From: Microcystaceae cyanobacterium
GTDB lineage: Bacteria > Cyanobacteriota > Cyanobacteriia > Cyanobacteriales > Microcystaceae
Assembly (NCBI GenBank): GCA_041746575.1
Contig: JBGTGT010000113.1
Span: 1 to 64,000, forward strand
Reading direction: 5' to 3'
Length of the DNA: 64,000 nt
The position numbers were made by a program, and so were the translations under genes. Below the pieces are notes generated by a model. The model had not been told where the DNA came from. It ran no database searches and saw nothing but the letters and a program-made list of their open reading frames with translations. Positions 60,695 to 64,000 of this stretch are shown here, one piece after another (positions within the stretch are counted from its first letter, which is position 1; each line of letters begins with the position of its first letter).

Positions 60695-61324
60695 ATGGAT
60701 ATTTGGTTTAATCCATTGGTTTGGCTCGATTATCGTTTAGCTTTTATTTTTGCCGTCATTATTCCCTTAATTTTACTGATTTGGTCAGCTTTTAGACAAG
60801 TAGAATCGATTCAGCGTCTTTTAATTATTTATTGGCGTGTGGCAAGTTTATTGATGATTACGGTTTATTTGCTGATTCCCCTATTTCCCGATGGGGACAA
60901 AACAGGTTTATTTCCCCGAATTCTCGCTTATGGCTTTGTAACTAGCTTTTTAGCGAGGGTACTTATTCCGCTATGCCTGTGGTTTTGGGTGGATTTGAAT
61001 GATGAAATTAAAGATTTGCCGATTACGTTATTAAAACTGGTGGTGACGTCGTGGCGTTGGGCAATTACCCTTTATTGTATCTTAGGAGCGATCGCCACCC
61101 TTCCCTTTGTAGCCTGTACCTTTTCCCCCCCTCAATTAGTGACGCCTTACTGTCAAGTCTGGTTACAAACACCTTGGCACTATAAGGAATGGTTTCACCC
61201 CAATATGTCGGCTGGATTCTTGGGTTTTTTGGGAATTATAGGCTTGGTTGTCTATTTTCTTTATTTTTTGACCTTTTTAGTCTTTCGTTTAACCAAAAAT
61301 GGTCGCTCAGCCTTAGAACAATAA
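60695..61324 (+). CDS. DUF3177-type membrane protein
   Basis: LVWLDYRLA, IYWRVASLLMIT, LWFWVDLN and C-terminal GRSALEQ. Confidence 0.82.
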   Translation: MDIWFNPLVWLDYRLAFIFAVIIPLILLIWSAFRQVESIQRLLIIYWRVASLLMITVYLLIPLFPDGDKTGLFPRILAYGFVTSFLARVLIPLCLWFWVDLNDEIKDLPITLLKLVVTSWRWAITLYCILGAIATLPFVACTFSPPQLVTPYCQVWLQTPWHYKEWFHPNMSAGFLGFLGIIGLVVYFLYFLTFLVFRLTKNGRSALEQ

Positions 61325-61497
61325 AAGCAATTGCTCCAATATGAGGGGACGGGATAAAATACGAAAAACGGATAACCCTAGTTCTTTCCTTGAGAGAAAG
61401 ACACAAGGGAAGGGGTTGAGAGTTTTTTAGCTATACTATTAAGTCAGATGAATCAAAAAACACCGTCAATTATTAACCATCTAACGATTAACGCTTA

Positions 61498-62187
61498 ATG
61501 GAAATCAGTGAGGTTAGCGATCTTTTTCCCTTATTCAGTACCACCAACACTGAAGTAATCGAATGGCTCTTATCAGTGATTGAAACCGAACAATACGCCC
61601 CCGGTGAGGTAATTATCCGAGAAGAAGATTGGGGTAAGTCCGTGTGTTTTATTGTATCAGGTTGGGTTAAGCTAGAATCTTACATGGGCAATCAGGATAT
61701 TACCCTTGATGTTCGTAGTAAAAGCGACTATTTCGGTGAAATTGCCGTATTGGATGAACCGATTCAGGCGACAGAGGCGATTGCTTTATCGGCGGTTTCT
61801 CTCCTCAGTTTATCAGCCCAGCGTTTTTTACAAATGTTATTCAAAGATCCTCAATTACAGCACAAAATTCTTCACTTAACGGTGAAAAGAATTCGCCACT
61901 GTTATCATCTTTCCCAAATTGCTCAGCAATCCCCCCAATTAAAACTGATTAAAACCCTCATTAATTTAGCCGAAATTTATGGACAATCCACAGAAAGAGG
62001 CATTGAAATTTTCAATATCCCTTCGCCCGATTTAGCTGATTTAGCGAATATTAAGCTAGAAGAAGCACAAGAAATTCTAATTAAGTTACAAAGCAAAGGT
62101 TGGGTTGAAGTCAATTCAGCCGCTCAAATCTTGTCCCTTCCCAATCTTAAAAATCTAAACCATTTTGTTAACCAACTTTTGGCTTAA
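61498..62187 (+). CDS. Crp/Fnr family transcriptional regulator
   Basis: cNMP-type domain (FIVSGWVK, FGEIAVLDE) plus C-terminal HTH. Confidence 0.85.
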   Translation: MEISEVSDLFPLFSTTNTEVIEWLLSVIETEQYAPGEVIIREEDWGKSVCFIVSGWVKLESYMGNQDITLDVRSKSDYFGEIAVLDEPIQATEAIALSAVSLLSLSAQRFLQMLFKDPQLQHKILHLTVKRIRHCYHLSQIAQQSPQLKLIKTLINLAEIYGQSTERGIEIFNIPSPDLADLANIKLEEAQEILIKLQSKGWVEVNSAAQILSLPNLKNLNHFVNQLLA

Positions 62188-62244
62188 TCCCATCCTTGCG
62201 CCTGATGCCCTGTCCTTTTATTGATGTGTCTATTAATTTTCAAG

Positions 62245-64000
62245 ATGACTGAAGCGACTGCCCTCAAACCGACAGAAAAAAGGCAAAATAAGCCTCGACT
62301 ATTCTATCAAGTCGAGATGCCTCAACCCACATCTCACCTATTTGAAGTAACCTTAAATATTACCCAGTGGCAGGGTTCGACTCTAAACTTAAAAATGCCA
62401 GTTTGGACACCGGGATCTTATCTTGTTCGAGAATATACTCGCCATCTTCAGGATTTTATTGCCCTAGAATCTCCGACAGAAAAGCCCTTATTTTTTCAAA
62501 AAGTCAGTAAAAACCATTGGCGAATTCAAACTGAAAAAATCTCAGATATCATCGTTCGCTATCGTATTTTTGCCAATGAATTAACAGTACGAACCAATCA
62601 TTTAGATAATAGTCATGGATATTTTAATGGTGCGGCTTTATTTTTCTATATTCCCACTCTTGAAAAAGAGCCAATTCAAGTTGAAATTATGCCCCCAGAC
62701 GGTTGGCAAGTGGCTACTGCTTTACCGAAAGTCTCGAAGACAGATTATCTCTATCAAGCCGAAGATTTCGATACATTAGTGGATAGTCCCTTTGAAATCG
62801 GGTTACATCAGTCTTATCAATTTACGGCTCACAATAAACCCCATCAATGGGTTATTTGGGGAGAAGGAAATATTAATCCGCAAAAAGTCATTGAAGATAC
62901 CCAAAAAATTATTGAAGCAGAAGCCTCCCTCTTCGGTGGATTACCTTATGAACATTATCTTTTCCTGCTTCATCTATCAGGAAGTGGGTATGGGGGACTG
63001 GAACATAAAACATCTTGTACGCTTAACTATCCTCGCTTAGGCTTTCGAGATAAAGACAAATATAACCGATTTCTTCAGTTAGTTGCCCATGAATTTTTTC
63101 ATCTCTGGAATATTAAGCGTATTCGCCCTAAAGCCCTAGAAATTTTTGATTATGATCAGGAGAATTATACTCCATCTTTGTGGTTTTTGGAAGGCGCAAC
63201 CAGTTACTACGATACCCTCATTCCTTTGAGGGCAGATATTTATGATCAGACTTTTTTCTTGAAAAATTTAGGCAAAGAAATTACCCGATTCTTACAAACC
63301 CCAGGTCGTTGGGTACAACCCCTGAGCGAATCTAGTTTTGATGCTTGGATAAAACTCTATCGCCGAGATGCCGACAGTGATAATTGCCAAATGTCTTATT
63401 ATTTAAAAGGTGAATTAGTCTGTTTATTACTCGATTTATTAATTCGTTTAAATACTAACCATCTTCAATCCTTCGATACGGTGATGCAGGTGATGTGGCA
63501 ACAATTTGGTAAGGCAGAAATTGGCTTTACCCCAGAACAATTGCAACAAACAATTGAAATCGTGGCTCATCAAGATTTATCAGACTTTTTTGATAATTAT
63601 ATTCATGGCCTAACAGAACTCCCCTTTGAGCAATACTTCGAGTCTTTTGGTTTGCGACTGAAACCCATTTTTGATTTGGAGCCTTATCCTGAATTAGGCA
63701 TTAAAGTTCAATCAGAAAATGGCAGAGAAATGATAAAATTCGTCGGAATGAATTCCCCCGCCTCTCTAGCAGGAATTAATGCAGAAGATGAACTCTTGGC
63801 GATTAATGGCATTCGCCTCAGCGCAGATCAACTTAATGAAAGGCTTAAAGATTATCAAGCAGGTGATATGATTTCCATAGCGGTGTTTCATCAAGACGAA
63901 TTGAAAACCTTCTCAGTTCGCCTCGGAGAACCGCAACCCCGTTGCTATGAAGTGATAGCGATCGCTAATCCCTCTAAACGTCAAAAACACAACCTAGTAA
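62245..64000 (+). CDS. M61 family metallopeptidase with PDZ domain (3' end beyond window)
   Basis: Manual translation: MPVWTPGSYLVREY, GGLEH, AHEFFHLWNIKRIRP, LWF.EG.TSYY and SYYLKG; frame open to the window end. Confidence 0.93.
   Translation, partial: MTEATALKPTEKRQNKPRLFYQVEMPQPTSHLFEVTLNITQWQGSTLNLKMPVWTPGSYLVREYTRHLQDFIALESPTEKPLFFQKVSKNHWRIQTEKISDIIVRYRIFANELTVRTNHLDNSHGYFNGAALFFYIPTLEKEPIQVEIMPPDGWQVATALPKVSKTDYLYQAEDFDTLVDSPFEIGLHQSYQFTAHNKPHQWVIWGEGNINPQKVIEDTQKIIEAEASLFGGLPYEHYLFLLHLSGSGYGGLEHKTSCTLNYPRLGFRDKDKYNRFLQLVAHEFFHLWNIKRIRPKALEIFDYDQENYTPSLWFLEGATSYYDTLIPLRADIYDQTFFLKNLGKEITRFLQTPGRWVQPLSESSFDAWIKLYRRDADSDNCQMSYYLKGELVCLLLDLLIRLNTNHLQSFDTVMQVMWQQFGKAEIGFTPEQLQQTIEIVAHQDLSDFFDNYIHGLTELPFEQYFESFGLRLKPIFDLEPYPELGIKVQSENGREMIKFVGMNSPASLAGINAEDELLAINGIRLSADQLNERLKDYQAGDMISIAVFHQDELKTFSVRLGEPQPRCYEVIAIANPSKRQKHNLV

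Larger units (their letters stand above)
578..63965. repeat. HIP1 octamer GCGATCGC dispersed across the window (about 25 copies by eye; span is first to last copy)
   Basis: Copies seen at e.g. 578, 20827, 51197 and 63958; hallmark of many cyanobacterial genomes. Confidence 0.9.

Noticed and set aside
255..63040. Numerous 60-130 aa ORFs overlapping long genes (e.g. 5228..5446, 32438..32731, 39336..39734, 56085..56375, 62792..63040)
   Set aside because: Antisense or alternate-frame shadows of well-supported CDSs, with no motifs.

Overview
Chromosomal window from a unicellular cyanobacterium, probably Chroococcales-like. The basis is roughly 25 HIP1 GCGATCGC octamers counted by eye, psbT, psb35, nblS/hik33, CP12 and a stand-alone tRNA-Ala(UGC). 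Most of it is core housekeeping: nadA, nadB, aat, trhO, nrdR, thiS, ilvA, tsf-rpsB, hpnJ, crcB, dut, pgi, pnp and two tRNAs. An IS630-type element is cut by the left edge. Features missing from the ORF track but read from the sequence are a glutamine (glnA-motif) riboswitch heading a two-gene unit (47-aa IF7-like micro-protein plus pirA), psbT, the rpsB leader, NrtR-like operators at nadA and nadB, an M61 peptidase and several pseudogenes. The two most interesting items are (1) a 4.5-kb cluster of a UT-fold channel with EF-hands and altered pore motifs, a cytoplasmic 5'-nucleotidase with EF-hands and a nucleoside hydrolase, and (2) the riboswitch/mini-IF/pirA unit. All family assignments are from motif recognition; no database search was run, so novelty is unverified.
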